The notes: a model not told the origin generated them from the letters alone. 64,000 nucleotides of DNA from Octopus vulgaris (GCA_951406725.2 OX597832.1:19282001-19346000); one strand, 5' to 3'; positions 26,401-41,734 are shown, counted from the first letter of the stretch. Translations and numbers: made by a program.

Positions 26401-26620
26401 CTTTATTTAAAGCAGCAGAAAATTCTACAAAACCTGTTACTCTGAGTTTCGCGTTGCCGTTCATCGGACAGTTTTTGCTAGAAAAAACTGTCCGATGAAC
26501 GGCAACGCGAAACTCAGAGTAACAGGTTTTGTAGAATTGTCTGCTGCTTTAAATAAAGCATATTACTCTACCACTGGTATTTGAATACTCTTTTTTTCCA
26601 CCTTGTTTCACATTTATGTG
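26401..26620 (+). mobile_element. Penelope-like pseudo-LTR fragment with inverted partial duplication, embedded between (TA)n and (TG)n/(TATG)n
   Basis: Arms 26401-26476 and 26483-26558 are reverse complements with 1 mismatch around loop GCTAGA. Contains the hammerhead motif, with unique tail to about 26620. An inverted pLTR plus hammerhead is a known PLE hallmark. Confidence 0.6.
26488..26525 (+). ncRNA. Minimal type I hammerhead ribozyme motif (Penelope-like element type); mirror copy on - strand at 26434-26471
   Basis: CTGT (stem I) - CCGATGA core (C at position 4) - A CG GCAA CG C (stem II with GNRA loop, A.C closing mismatch) - GAAA - CTCAGAG - TA - ACAG (stem I partner). Stem III is quasi-palindromic (ACTC A GAGT). 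GUA cleavage triplet at 26519-26521. Confidence 0.72.
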
Positions 26621-28894
26621 TGTGTGTATGTATGTATGTATAACCAAATTGTTGCATCATGTTTTTACCTATATCTTTTTTCTTCTTTTCCTTTCGTCTG
26701 TTACTTGACATGTTGCTTAGAGCCCCATATTTGACCGCTTGTTGGAGTATTTTCGATTCATTTTTCAGTCACTTCCTATTTTATTGTGAACATGATCAGC
26801 AAGAAGAAGAAGAAGAAGAAGAAAACCAACAACAAGAACAAAAACGACGACGACGACAACAACAACCATAACAATCAGCAACTGTATGTAATTAGAGCTT
26901 TATACATCGACCCCGACAGAGTGAAAGATCAAGTTGATCACAGCAGAATTTGAACTCAGAACGTAAAGTGCATGAATGTATACCGCATTGCATTTTATCC
27001 GATAGTCAAACCATTCTGCCATTACAACGGCCGAACAATGACAAAAGACTATAAATTGGGCAAATGGCTTGCAGCTCTCTGTTTGTAATAAGGGGTGGGT
27101 TTGTTTATGTTCTCAGCTCCTGTGTAAGACTGGTATTATATTTTGTTGAAACCGGAGGAATGAAAATCAAAGTCGACTTCAGCAGGATTCGAACTCACCA
27201 AGCTAAGATACCCAGCAAATGATGCAAGTTATTTTAAGTGACGCTCACACTCTTTTGTCTGTATAATCTACCAATTTCTGAATTAATGGACCTTGAGCAT
27301 CGATCCAACGAAACGTAGGACTATCTATGTGAATGACCTAATCAAAGTGCTGGAAATAGCAGCCACATCTCTCGAGTAATAATCCACCGTTAAAAATGTA
27401 GACAGACCTGAAGATTTCTCCATGCCTGAAACAAAAACAAAACAAAAAAAAGATGGAAAAAAAGGAAAAGAAAGATAGGGACCAAATGACCATAGATATA
27501 AGGCCTTATTTTCTAAGGCAGTGTGAATAGTGCTGACCGGAGGTGTAACAAGTCCATTTATCTCCTATAATAAAATATGAAGTAACGTTACTGTATAAAT
27601 ATTTTATATATATTTTTACATATGTTCAGTGCTTGTATGTACGGATATGGTTTAATGGGAGCCCCTAATTTCAGCTATCACAAACTAATGAGATGAACCA
27701 AGGCAGGGTCGCTACTAATATCTCTCTTATCAAAGATGCACATTTTGTAACATCATAAGATAAATCAATGAATGCACACAGCTCCATTTCTGTCCCATTT
27801 AGTCGCGCATATACACTGTAACTAACTTGGAGTGTGTATATGTGAGTGATCATGCATTTTTCTCCAAGCATTTCGTCCGGCATGCTAACGTTACCTATTT
27901 CTTTATTGCCCACCAGGGGCTAAAAATAGAGGGGGCTCACAAGGACATTAACTGGCAGAATCGTTAGCACGTTGGTCGAAATATTTAGGAAAATTTTGTT
28001 CGTCTTGATGTTCTGAGTTCAAATTACGCTGAGGTAGAGTTTGCCTTTGATTCTCTCGAGATCGATAAAATAAATACCTGTTGAGCACTGAAGTCGATTA
28101 CATCAACTTACTTCATACTCCAAAATTGCTGGCCTTGTGCCAAACCTTCGGGTCAATATATGACCCTGTGTATACAATTAAGTGCTGCCCTTTACTCATC
28201 ACCCTCTTCAAATTTAGCTGTAAATGTACGTAAAATATGTGAGTGTGCAGGCATGTCAATGTGTGTCTGTATGCTTCCGAATTTTCGACTGCTTCGACGA
28301 AAAGCGCTAAGGTTAATCAACAGAATTACGTGTTCAATAAATTAAAGTTCTAGCAGTCAGGTATTTCACTGACATGTAAAATATTTACATAATACTTAGG
28401 AAGAAACAACGTGTCAGAAACGGTAAGAAAGCCGTACCTTTGATGTACATCTACAGTAATTCCATCAACGGACTTCAGTGCAATTTTACTCAGAGAGATT
28501 ATGTCAATCTATGGCAAGGGTAAAAGACACTCTCCAAAATGCCACGAAATGAGATTAAATCTACGAACATGTGTTGATGAAGCAATTTACTTAAAATTTC
28601 GTCGAAGCTACTTAAGGGGAAATGTATATGGAGTTTTATTACGGACGGTATGAGGTTCGCACCAATACTCAAATGTACAAATAAACGAAAAAGAATGTAG
28701 CAAAAAATACGCACACATACACGCACGTGCATAGGCGAGGGCACTTTTATACACACACACAGACATATATATATGTGGGTCTCGGTGTGTGTATACGTAT
28801 ATCTATCTATCAAACTATTTGTATGTAGGAGTATATGTATAATTTTAGATTTTTTATGCTTTTACTCGTTTCAGGCATGCAATCGTATATATGC

Positions 28895-28973
<79 letters not shown>

Positions 28974-29013
28974 TGCGTTCGTGTGTGTGTGTATACATGC
29001 ATGTATATATGTA

Positions 29014-29056
<43 letters not shown>

Positions 29057-29213
29057 GCATATATGTACATATATATGTATATATATATATAATATATATT
29101 TATAAATGTTTTTATATACATATGTATTATATATGTATACATATACATATATATATATATATGAATAATATATATATATTATTTATATACATATATATAT
29201 ACATTCATATGCA

Positions 29214-29247
<34 letters not shown>

Positions 29248-29260
29248 CACATATAATATA

Positions 29261-29470
29261 TGGTACAGGACGTCACCATCAGTAAACAACATGAAATACG
29301 AAAATAAATTAGTTCAATACGCAAACAACGAGAGAAACAAATGGAAAACAGAACAAGTAACATAAACCGTGACCCATCCTGTTTTCCATTTGTTTCTCTC
29401 GATATTTGCGTATTGAAATCATTTGTTGTCTGATTTTATGCTGTTTACTGTTGGTGAAGTCCTGTGCCCA
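29261..29470. mobile_element. Fold-back pair of a microsatellite-embedded repeat ending CCTGTACCCAT
   Basis: Arms 29261-29351 and 29379-29470 are imperfect reverse complements. Single-arm relatives at 8978-9100 (+) and 47983-48186 (-). Confidence 0.75.
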
Positions 29471-29532
29471 TATATGCGTGTGTGTGTGTGTATGTGTGCG
29501 TGTACACACATATATATGTGTGTGTATATATG

Positions 29533-29590
<58 letters not shown>

Positions 29591-29958
29591 TGTGTGTGTG
29601 AGTACAGGCACGCACACACATTCACAGATATAGATTTGTCTAATTAACAAGGCAGCTAGAGCGTGGTATATGCTGCTTCGTATTAATTGTTCTGCTTCGC
29701 TGCACACTGACTTCAAATAACACGAAGTACTGATTTGAATTTCATCAGGTTTGGTGTTGATATATAAAGTGGTATTTGTCTTCTGGGGTGACTGTTCTCT
29801 GTCACTAACACCTTTCTCTATGAAGTTGTCTCGCACTCTTAAAGTTCGCTAAGTTTAAGATGTCTCAGCACAACCATATCTCACACCAGCCCTTCTTCAA
29901 ATCCATCAACAAGTAGAGTGCATATATACATACATATATACATACATGCATACATATA

Positions 29959-30003
<45 letters not shown>

Positions 30004-30027
30004 ATGTATGTATATATATATGTATGC

Positions 30028-30108
<81 letters not shown>

Positions 30109-30145
30109 TATATGTATACATATGTATATATATATATTGTGTGTG

Positions 30146-30196
<51 letters not shown>

Positions 30197-30571
30197 TACT
30201 CAAAGGAATTCCAACTCTATTTTATATGTTTTATTTATATTCTTATAATTTTAATATAGGATATAGAATATATAGTAAGAAAGAAATGAAATGAATTATT
30301 GTCTTATTGAACAAATGAAATATTGAAAATTAAATATTAAATGACTTTTCTCATTCAACTAGTATACTTTCTTGCATTTAAGCATTGTTCAGATCGTGGC
30401 AGGAACGCTTCGACTATATATATATATATAAATACGACGGGCTTCTTTCAGTTTCTGTTTAACAAATCCACTCACAAACCTGTTGTCAGCCCGAGGCTAT
30501 AGAAGACATTTGCCCAACGTGCTACATTCCTATATATATGTATATATACATATACACATTCACAAGTTTAT

Positions 30572-30602
<31 letters not shown>

Positions 30603-31157
30603 TACACTGATGGGCACTGAAGTGCAAAGCAAGGTGGAGTATATAGTACTCGAATACCAAGTGTACTTGTCTGTGCGTAAGTACGTATGAATGTAAACAT
30701 GTATGACGTATATACGGATGTACGTATGTGAATAGATCACAAATACATGTTTTATGTCATATATTCTCGTCTTCAATTCTTCTAATACGTCATTAATCAC
30801 GTCATCCTTAAGAGATTAAAGGTGCTACACTTGTGAAACAGTACTTGGTTTCTGTGCATGTTAAAGACAAACGTATATCCAAGCACACGATCGCATTCAG
30901 GCGCGCGTACACAAACATAGAAACACACACACACACACTTACATATTTAATTGGGTGGATGAACGAAGTGAAGAAAGTAGCACTCAATATATTTTTTTTT
31001 GTGTTTGAATATTTCATATCACGCAAACATAGTTACAAATCACTTGATGTTTCATTGGTCAGTTCACGTTCACGTGATCAGCTGTAGACTGTCACAGTCA
31101 GAATCTTTTTATCAAATACATATCCATGCTTAATAATCTAGCACGTGTGTTTATTTG

Positions 31158-31218
<61 letters not shown>

Positions 31219-31230
31219 GTATGTATATCG

Positions 31231-31261
<31 letters not shown>

Positions 31262-31270
31262 TTGTGTGTA

Positions 31271-31420
31271 GGTGCAGGAGTGACTAAGCTTGCTTCCTAA
31301 CCACATGGTTCTGGGTACAGTCCCTCTGCGTGTCATCTTAGGCATGAGCCTTCTACTATAGCCTCGAGCCGACCAAATCCTTCTGAGTGGAGGAGGTAGT
31401 CGGAAACTGAAAGAAGCTGG

Positions 31421-31493
<73 letters not shown>

Positions 31494-31585
31494 TATTAAA
31501 TTAGAGACAAATCCACTATTATGCAAATCAAACAAAGAAAGACTTAAGCCAATACATAAAATAATTTGGATTTATTCCCTAATAT

Positions 31586-31663
<78 letters not shown>

Positions 31664-31885
31664 TATGTATGCTTGTGTGTCTGTGTTTGTTCCTCTCACT
31701 ACTGCATGACGACCGATGTTGGTGTGTTTATGTCCCCCTACCTTAGCGTTTCGGCAAATGAGGCATATAGAATAAGCACTAGGCTTACAATAAAATATGT
31801 CCTGGGGTCGATTTGTTCGACTAAACGTGGTGCTCCAGCATGGCTGCACTCAAATGACTGAAACAAGTAAAAGAATAAAAGAATA
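31271..31885 (+). mobile_element. SINE family A with expanded (TA)n and insert (31490-31608)
   Basis: Head at 31271-31422 and tail at 31670-31885. Confidence 0.87.
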
Positions 31886-32019
31886 TATACATACATACAT
31901 ACATACATACATACATGCATATATATATATATATATATATATGCATGCGTGTGTCTATGTATGTATGATTGAATATATATTTAAGTATTTGTGTATATAT
32001 ATATATATATCTGTACGTA

Positions 32020-32403
32020 TCTCTCTCTATATAAACGGCAGTTTGTCTGTGCGTGTTTCTGTGTGTCTGTTTTCTCGTACCCTCACTCTGACCACGGCTT
32101 TCAACCGATTCTGATGAAACTTGACACACACATAGCCCAATGTCATAATTCAAAACTAACGCACCGAAAATTTTGAAAAGTTCCCCCAGTTCTGAAAAAA
32201 TCGATAAATTCGACATGGGGTCGAGAATCAGAAACCCAAACCACAGACCGTCTAGGGGACGCGACTCCACCTTTTTTAACTCTCAAAAAAAATTTACCAT
32301 CATTTTTTTTCCATTTTTTTGCTATTTTTTGGCTATAACTCTCTAAAAATGCTTTATACTTATTTCCCTTACAAACCTGAGCAACGCCGGGCGATACTGC
32401 TAG
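32020..32403 (+). mobile_element. Complete non-autonomous Helitron
   Basis: Begins TC (tctctctctatataaa) after an A. Ends with subterminal CCTGAGCAACGCCGGG hairpin-like motif, then CTAG before a T. No TSD. Confidence 0.85.
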
Positions 32404-33299
32404 TAAACATATAAATGTAGAACAATGCTCACAAAGCGATGTTCACTCAGACGTGTAGAAAATGTTAAATTTTAGCGTTGATTGGATAGACAAGAGAATC
32501 TGAAAAATACGTACCGTTCCGACCTTTATATATTGTATACTATTACAATCTACATTTCATTTTACATTTTATACTCTATCTTGTTAAAAATTAATCTGAT
32601 ATAATTAATGTAAATGCGTTCATGTTTAACTTGTTGTCACTAGACTGTGTAATTATGTATCCTGGATAATAACACTGTTATTTCTTTTTATCACGGTGAT
32701 GATATATGTAATATCAGGATTTTGACTGGTCATTAACCAGTTGCTTGAAAAATACCTATTTGTTTGAATATATCAGCCTCAGTGTGTTACTGGTACACAT
32801 GTTAGTGAATGTGGGTTATAATTAAAAAATATTATAGAAGAGTACACGCGAAATTCTGAATGGGGCGTTTGCGGTGTTCTTTTTAGCACCTACACGAAAT
32901 ATACTAAGTTAATAATTATTTGTAATGTTTTTATATTATCAACGCCTTCATCGTATAAGTGTCTATATCTCCATGTTTGCATACATCCGAGGGAATTTAT
33001 CGAACCAGGTTTTTCTACAGCCTGTTGTCCTTGATGCCCTTGCTCTGATCAGTTTCCAAGCAAGTTAGGATATTCCTTATTTCATGTAAAATTGTACGCA
33101 AAAGTCATTGCTTATATAACGGTGAAACTCGTTTTACAACCATCGCGTGAATTTAAGACGAGACACAAACCTTCCAGCATAAACACAGAAATACATACAT
33201 ACATACATACATGCATACATTCATACATACATACATACATACATACATACAAGTATGCATGCATACATGCATGCATGCATACATACATACATACATACA

Positions 33300-33333
<34 letters not shown>

Positions 33334-33497
33334 CATACATACATACATACACATACATAGGCGGGACAGTATCAGCTGAATCTACTCCTAATATTCTTGT
33401 CATCTATGGGTCCAGAAAGCGACACTTCTCCAAAGTGTCACACAGTGACATTGAACCCGAAATTCTGCGGTTGAGAAGCAAACTTCTTAACTATACT

Positions 33498-33542
<45 letters not shown>

Positions 33543-33608
33543 TTACTACTACTGCTATTTGAAATAATAATAATGATAATACCAATAATAACAATAATAA
33601 TGATGATG

Positions 33609-33678
<70 letters not shown>

Positions 33679-34198
33679 TAATAATAATTTCATACATAGA
33701 GAAGAAATGACCTTTATGAGGAAAATTGTATAGACGATTTAACCGTCCCTCATTAGATGGAAGGACTTCACCTATAAAATAATTGTGAATGTCGTATCCA
33801 GCAAGATTTAAATTCAGGAAGAAATCCCTGGCGATTCTGAGTTACGGTTCTCTACATTCTAATTTCTTGACTATTCATCGAAATACAACATTTTCATCTC
33901 TAGAGAAACGGAAAATTCCTTTAATAATTGCTTCTAATATCGGCATGAAGACGGGCAGCTATCTGCTAGCATCATTACTGCGTAGGACTAAATGCTTAGC
34001 GGCATTTCTTCTACTTCTTCATGACTTGAGTTCAAATGCTGCTGAAGCTAGCATTGCCTTTCAGCATTTCGGAGTCGATAATGAACATACCAGTTATGCA
34101 CTGGGGTAGATGTAAACGATTTCTTCCTCCCCAGGAAAATTACTGGCATTCAGCAAAAAGTTTTATTGGAAGGGGTTCGTTCATTATATCGACTCGGA

Positions 34199-34780
<582 letters not shown>

Positions 34781-35203
34781 ATTGACTTCGTTGGGACAGT
34801 GATGTGGAATTTAAGGCTGTAAAACAAATACCTCAAAGCATGGGATTTGAACTCAATATATAACGATCAATAAACACAGCAACTCATTTTGTCTTACGTT
34901 CTAGTGATCCTACCAAACCACCATACTCGTTTATGGCGATTTTTAAGACATAAAGGGCACTTAAAAAGAAACTAGTATAATATTGCTAACATTGGTACTG
35001 TGTTACACGTTTGTAGATATGCAGAGTGTGAATGGCAGGTGATAAGCACTCGGTATTCTCTGTTAAGTTACTGGCGTTAGGAAGGGCATTCATTTGTAGA
35101 AATCGTGCCAGAGCTGACATCGGAGCTCGACACAGACCTGTAGCTTACCGGATCCTGTCAAAACCTTCTAACCTTAGCCAGAAAAGAAAACGAACGTTAA
35201 ACC

Positions 35204-35237
<34 letters not shown>

Positions 35238-36308
35238 CGACGACAACGACGACGACGACGATGACGATGGAGATGATGATGATGAGGATGATGATGATGA
35301 TGAGTAACCCATTTAGGTAGTAACTTCTTAGAGTCTGAATGTAAAGAAGCGTTCCGTTCGAAACGTTAAAGGGTGTCATGGTATTTTATCGACGCAGTAC
35401 ATCTCTGGTGCTTCTTTAATAGAAGAAGAAGAAGAAGAAGAAGAAGAAGAAGAAGAAGAAGAAGAAGAAGAAGAAGAAAAAAGACAAATTTGTTGATTAG
35501 CCACAGGTGAGTCTTTGTTTATAACAAATTATATTTTATATGCAACAGCTGTGAGCATCCCCCGTCTTCTTCCAGTCTCAAATTTATAATGAAGGGAAAA
35601 TTCGCAGTAATTTCTACCAGGTCAAAAGACCACGTGAAGGTTATTGTCATCAACGTGCCATCAAGTGTGAAGTCCACTTCCTCGATGTAATTTGACCCCC
35701 AAAGCCTACGTGGGGCCGGAACTAAATATGAAGTATTTTGTCCTATATTTTTTATAGATTAATATAGTGTACTCCGTTATGAGTCCATCATTTTGTCAGA
35801 TTATTCAAAATTTGCCAAACACCATGGAATATAAGTGTGTTTTTTTGTGTTGTGGGATGGAGTTGGAGAGAGGAAAAAAGAGAGAGCAAACAGAAATTTT
35901 AGCAATTGTTTGCCAAGCGTATCAGTGCTACGGCTGGGCAACTCATTAGAATATCATGCAGAACTTGTCACTCACAGAATCACTAGATATCTAAGGATCC
36001 TGTATATATCGGGACCCTCGCTGAAAACAAACAAAACAAATTCATACCTAGTTCGATGCTAAATATTAATAGTGGAACTATAGAATAAATGTGCTGATAT
36101 ACATATGTAGATGTTTGGCTTTAAAACTGTGAGGATGAGCGAAATATTGCTACAAGGTACAGTCATATCTTCGCAGCTTGGAAATTGCTCCATCCTCACT
36201 CCAGGTTTTTGTCTGCTGAGAGATATTAGTGACAAACAAAAGCGACTTCCGTTGCCACATCATGGAAAAACTGTACAAGACCAGAACGAATCCCCAAATT
36301 ATATAAGG

Positions 36309-36711
36309 TTACTCTTTTACTCTGTTACTTGTTTCAGTCATTTGATTGCAGCCATGCTGGAGCAACGCCTTTAGTCGAGCAAATCGACCCCAGGACATAT
36401 TCTTTGTAAGCCTAGTACTTATTCTATCGATCTCTTTTTGCCGAACCACTAAGTTACGAGGAAGCAAACACACCAGCATCGGTTGTCAAGCGATGTTGGT
36501 TTGGACAAACACAGACACAAAAGCACATACTCACACTCACATATATATACATATATACTATGGGCTTCTTTCTGTTTCCGTCTACCAAATCCACTCACAA
36601 GGCTTTGATCGGCCCGAGGCTATAGTAGAAGACACTTGCTCAAGATGCCACGCAGTGGGACTGAACCCGGAACCATGTGTTTGGTAAGCAGGCTACTTAC
36701 CACACAGCCAC
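36309..36711 (-). mobile_element. SINE family A, near full length
   Basis: Matches 845-1246. Confidence 0.92.
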
Positions 36712-38087
36712 AGAAAAATTGAAGTCACTGTCAGACCTTCTTTTATGAATAATAATATAGTATTACACTAAAATTTATCGAATGATTGTTGGATTTAATA
36801 TACAATACTTTGCAAACACACCCGCACACACACACACGTGTATTACAATAAGGTATGGTGGATTAACTGGATTAACAGTGTGTAGGATCAAAGCCCAGTG
36901 CTCTTTGTCCTGACTCTTTGCATTCTGGGTTCAAATCCCACGAGTTTAACATTGGCTTTTATCCCTCCAGAATGGACAAAATAAGTTACCAGAGAAACTT
37001 CTGATTCGAATTAATTAATGCACCTAGTCATTCCTGGCCATTTGCCTAATTTTAGAAAGCACTTATATTGATCGCTAAGTATAGGCAAAGAAGCTACTAA
37101 AATGTCGATGGCGGCGTGCAAAAGCAGTTAAAATTTTGGTAAATGTTTTGGAACAAATCACTATGGCCTTGATTAAACACAGTAGTTCTCTCAGCTCTAG
37201 AAATTCTGAATATATAAATCATCTGTTGAATTCATCGAACAGAACCATGTTCAGGATGTGTGCTTTATAGGTAATTAGACATTTCTTGGGCCAATATCCT
37301 CTCTCTAAGCGAAATAGTAAACGGAAAGAATATATTTCTTCAACAAAATATGCCTGTATTAACGTTGGGGTAAACTTTCAGGACATCTAGTTGCCTTTAC
37401 AATATTCATTTTTCAACAGATCTACAAAGAAACAGAGACCTTAAAATACATACTTTAAATAGCAGTTGATCATAGGGTACATGGGTGGGGAGATAACTTC
37501 CAAAATGTTGTACTAAACTATTAGCTAGGCTCAAATGATTCTAAAAAGAACAGCACTTTCTAATTCGTCGAATTGAGAGACTATTAAATGTGGGCGCTGC
37601 TATTAATAATTTCGTTAATTTAATGTATGCATATATGTGTGTGTTCATATGTGTGTACGCCTGTTGAAGTGTGTGCAATGAGAACCGTCTCTATGTCCAA
37701 GTGTTATCAAGGGATTCAAATCCTCACATGCGACATACTATGGTTTCCAGGGATCTAACTACGATAAAAGCGTTCAATATGAAATATGTTTTCTCATAAA
37801 AAAGTCCATAAACACTGTCACCATAAAAACAATAAACTCTTGTTGAGCTCATACACACACGCACGCACGCACAGACACACGTGCACACACACATACATGC
37901 AGGCACGTACGATTTGAAGAGGACAACCGCCAAAATATTTCCTAGATCTCACTGAGAATGTACGATAATTTTTAGGTATTTATAAAGCATTGTGACAGGT
38001 TGCAGAGATGCAGAACCGTTAGGGAAGACACTCCAGTCTTGACCATCTTGACCATCCCATCTTTCAGTCTACTAAGTTCCACATTTT

Positions 38088-38210
<123 letters not shown>

Positions 38211-38320
38211 CATACATAAATATATATATATACATATATATATATATATCTGTATATATATATACATATACATATGTATATATATACACATATATATATA
38301 TATACATACATACATACATA

Positions 38321-38544
38321 CACGAGGGTTATTTGGAAAGTTCCTGGCTTTGGGTAAATGAAAATACAGGAGGATCAGTTAATCATGATTTCATCATTCA
38401 ACATAATCCAGTCCTAGATTAATACAGTTATTGCAGCAGCCCTTCAGCTCTTCTAATCCCTGTAAAGGAACCCTGAATTATGGTCTTCCAGCCGGGCCTT
38501 TCAGGATGCTCTTAAAGACAGGAAATTTTAAGCACACCTTCGTA
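38321..38544. mobile_element. mariner-type MITE in a TA-rich microsatellite
   Basis: Imperfect TIRs CACGAGGGTTATTTGGAAAGTTCCTGGCTTT and AAAGACAGGAAATTTTAAGCACACCTTCGTA, flanked by TA. Confidence 0.7.
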
Positions 38545-38556
38545 TACATACATTAC

Positions 38557-38609
<53 letters not shown>

Positions 38610-38674
38610 GTATGTATACGAAGGTGTGCTTAAAATTTCCTGTCTTTAAGATATCCTGAATAGGTCCGGCTGGA
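38487..38674. repeat. Palindrome centred on (TA)n that duplicates the MITE right end
   Basis: TCCAGCCGG..TCAGGAT..TCTTAAAGACAGGAAATTTTAAGCACACCTTCGTATACATACATTA is followed after (TA)n by its reverse complement. Confidence 0.9.
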
Positions 38675-40132
38675 TATATATATATATATATATATATATA
38701 CACTGTGCAGAAAGCTATTTTTAGCGGTTCATGTGACCGCACAGTCACTGTCCCTGACTTGTTACATATATGTGGGTGAAATGCACTCATTAAGCTCATT
38801 ACAGACATGAGAGTCAAACAGGGTAGTACACGGTCTACTATTTGTTTTTAAATGGATCTTCAAAATTACTAGGATTAACTTCAAAATATATTTTCACGTC
38901 ATCGTAAACTAACGTTTGTTTGCTTTTTTAAAAATATTTTGTTGTTGAGGAAATAAAATATTTTCTGCGATGCTATTAACGTTATGTACACTGCTCTAAC
39001 TTAGCTCCAGTTCAGACTTTACCAATTGGAGCCAAGATCAAAATATTTCAAAAAGAACCTGGTCCATGATTGCATTTCAGATATTAGTGTACATTTAATA
39101 AGGAATTAGGGTGTGATTTTAGTTAATTTTGGCTAGTATTTCTTGCACATCAGGCGGTGATATAAAAATTCCTTCGTAGTTTAGAATCTTCAAAATGTGT
39201 GATCATCACACGCACAACATACATCGTAATTCGATCATGTGAATGATTTCCCCTTTGAACCGTTAAACCAAATACACCTCTCACACACACACACACACAT
39301 AGTTCAATCGTTTTGTTTTTTTTTAACAATATAGAACATGGTGAAATATAAAAATAAACTCGGAGTACCAAGATTCCAAAACAGATAGTATTACAACGGC
39401 GGGGGAAATGCTTAGCGGCATTTCGTCCGTCTTTACATTCTGAGTTCAAATTCCTTTGAGCTGGACTTTGTCTTTCATCCTTTCGAAGTCGCTAAAATGA
39501 GCGGCAGTTGAGCACTGGGGCCGAAGTAATCAATTACCCCCCAACCCCCAAATTTCAGACGTAATGCCTTTAGTACAAAGGATTAAATCTGCAAGCTGGT
39601 AGAATCGTTTGAGCGCGAGAAAGATTGATTAGCGATATTTTCTCCCTCTTTACATTCCGATTTCAAATTCCACCGTTGTCAACTTTGCCTTTCTTCATTT
39701 TTGTGTGTTAAAATAGGTATCGCTTGAACATAGGGAACAATTTAATCGACAAGACCCATTCCCCCAAATTTTCAAGGCCTTGTGCCTATATTAGAAGGTT
39801 TTATTGCTTGAAATTATGTTTTCTTTAATTGATAACTTCATTGGTGAAAGCAAAACAATGCGATTGATTTTTTATTGTTTGAACTAAAGATTTCCTCTTC
39901 AAACTCATTCCGTTACAGAATTTATAATTTTGTTATCTATCATAAGCTTGATTACTTGATAAAAGGCATAACAGTAAATACTCTTTAGGGATTGCCATTG
40001 TTACTACAGTTCTTACAGGTATATGAGAGATATCCTTAGTTTCGTTCTAATTCAGTCCACTGATATGTTAATTTCCAAGTAAAAGACAACTGCAGAAGAC
40101 TAAACGTTAATGGGGATAATACGCACATTATA

Positions 40133-40208
<76 letters not shown>

Positions 40209-41613
40209 GACATATACATGTATACAGACACACATACATATAAATACATATGTATGTATGCATTTTATATGTATTATGGGTATTCAGGTATATATATATA
40301 TATATATATATATAAATGCACTTATTACTATATACATATGAAGTATTCACGTAATATCACATATATTTTACATTTAAGCTCATATACACACACACATATA
40401 AATACGTACAATATATATATATATACGTATATATATGTGTGTATATATATATATGTATATATACATACATATATATATATACACAGATAATATATATACG
40501 TATATTTGTATATATATATATACACAGATAATATATATACGTATATATATTTGTATATATATATACATATATATACACAGATAATATATATACGTATATA
40601 TATATACACATATATATACATAGATAATATATATACGTATATATATATATATATATATATAATCATATATATATATATATACACATGCATGTATATATAC
40701 ACATTATATAAACATATCAGTTTAATCTTATATACACACATCTATAACACGAGAAAAAGTCAAATACCATCCTCTAATTTTCCTCTAAAATTATGCCTAT
40801 TTATACAGAAATTTTTAGTGAAAATGTCATTCAAACTCTAGATATAACTTATCATCAGCTCTACCTTATATATCTAACTAGTTCAATTCATACCATTGAG
40901 GAGTTTATAAGTTGTTTCTCGGGAGGTTAAAAATAGTAAATCTCATACAAACCACACCCTACAATCTTGAAAAAGGGAAGGACATGTCTGACAATGTAGA
41001 ACGATGGCTGTAATAAAAAGTCGTTATGGTTCAACCTGGAATTATTTTAGATGTTTTAATCATAGGTCTACTGAGTCAGCGTCATGTTCATGCATGGAAT
41101 ATTCAGTGTACACTCAACTTGGGTCTTTGAGTAAACTGTTTACAAGGCTCATGTTACGTTGGCTTTGATGCACCTTAAGAATCCAGACATGGCAGTAGAG
41201 AGATAGCCAGGTGTCATGAACCTGCAGGTGACTCGGCCTCCTTGGAGTGTAAGGAGTTAAAGACCTAGACATTTACAAGAAAGGGTTCACTTCTCTGAAG
41301 AACTTACGCTGGTCAGCTCTCCCTTGAATTTTATACCATCTGGATTTAGTTATATATTCAGATAAGGACGCAGACAAACAAACACACACACACAATTTTA
41401 TTAGCACGAATTTTTACTCCCACCCACAAAATAATGTTTTATTTTTAGTTGGGAATGGGAGTTTCTCGACTCGAATGTACGTATTATGTGACGAAACTAT
41501 TTTTTGGTGTAATGTTATATGATACATGTGACTATGCACGTATTTGTAAATACGCACACCTTATGTACATATTCTATATTTAGTGTAACATGTATCTTTA
41601 AATAACATACAAA

Positions 41614-41653
<40 letters not shown>

Positions 41654-41734
41654 TGTACATATATATTTAGTGTAATATCTATCTATATACAACAAATATA
41701 TGTGTCTCAGATACGTTCTGAATGTTGGCTGGAC

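Noticed and set aside
35032-35307. Poly-Asp ORF
   Set aside because: It is the (GAT/GAC)n tail of a retroposon.
35335-35352. TGAATGTAAAGAAG resembling miR-1
   Set aside because: The seed differs from UGGAAUG, the 3' end diverges, and there is no precursor-length hairpin.
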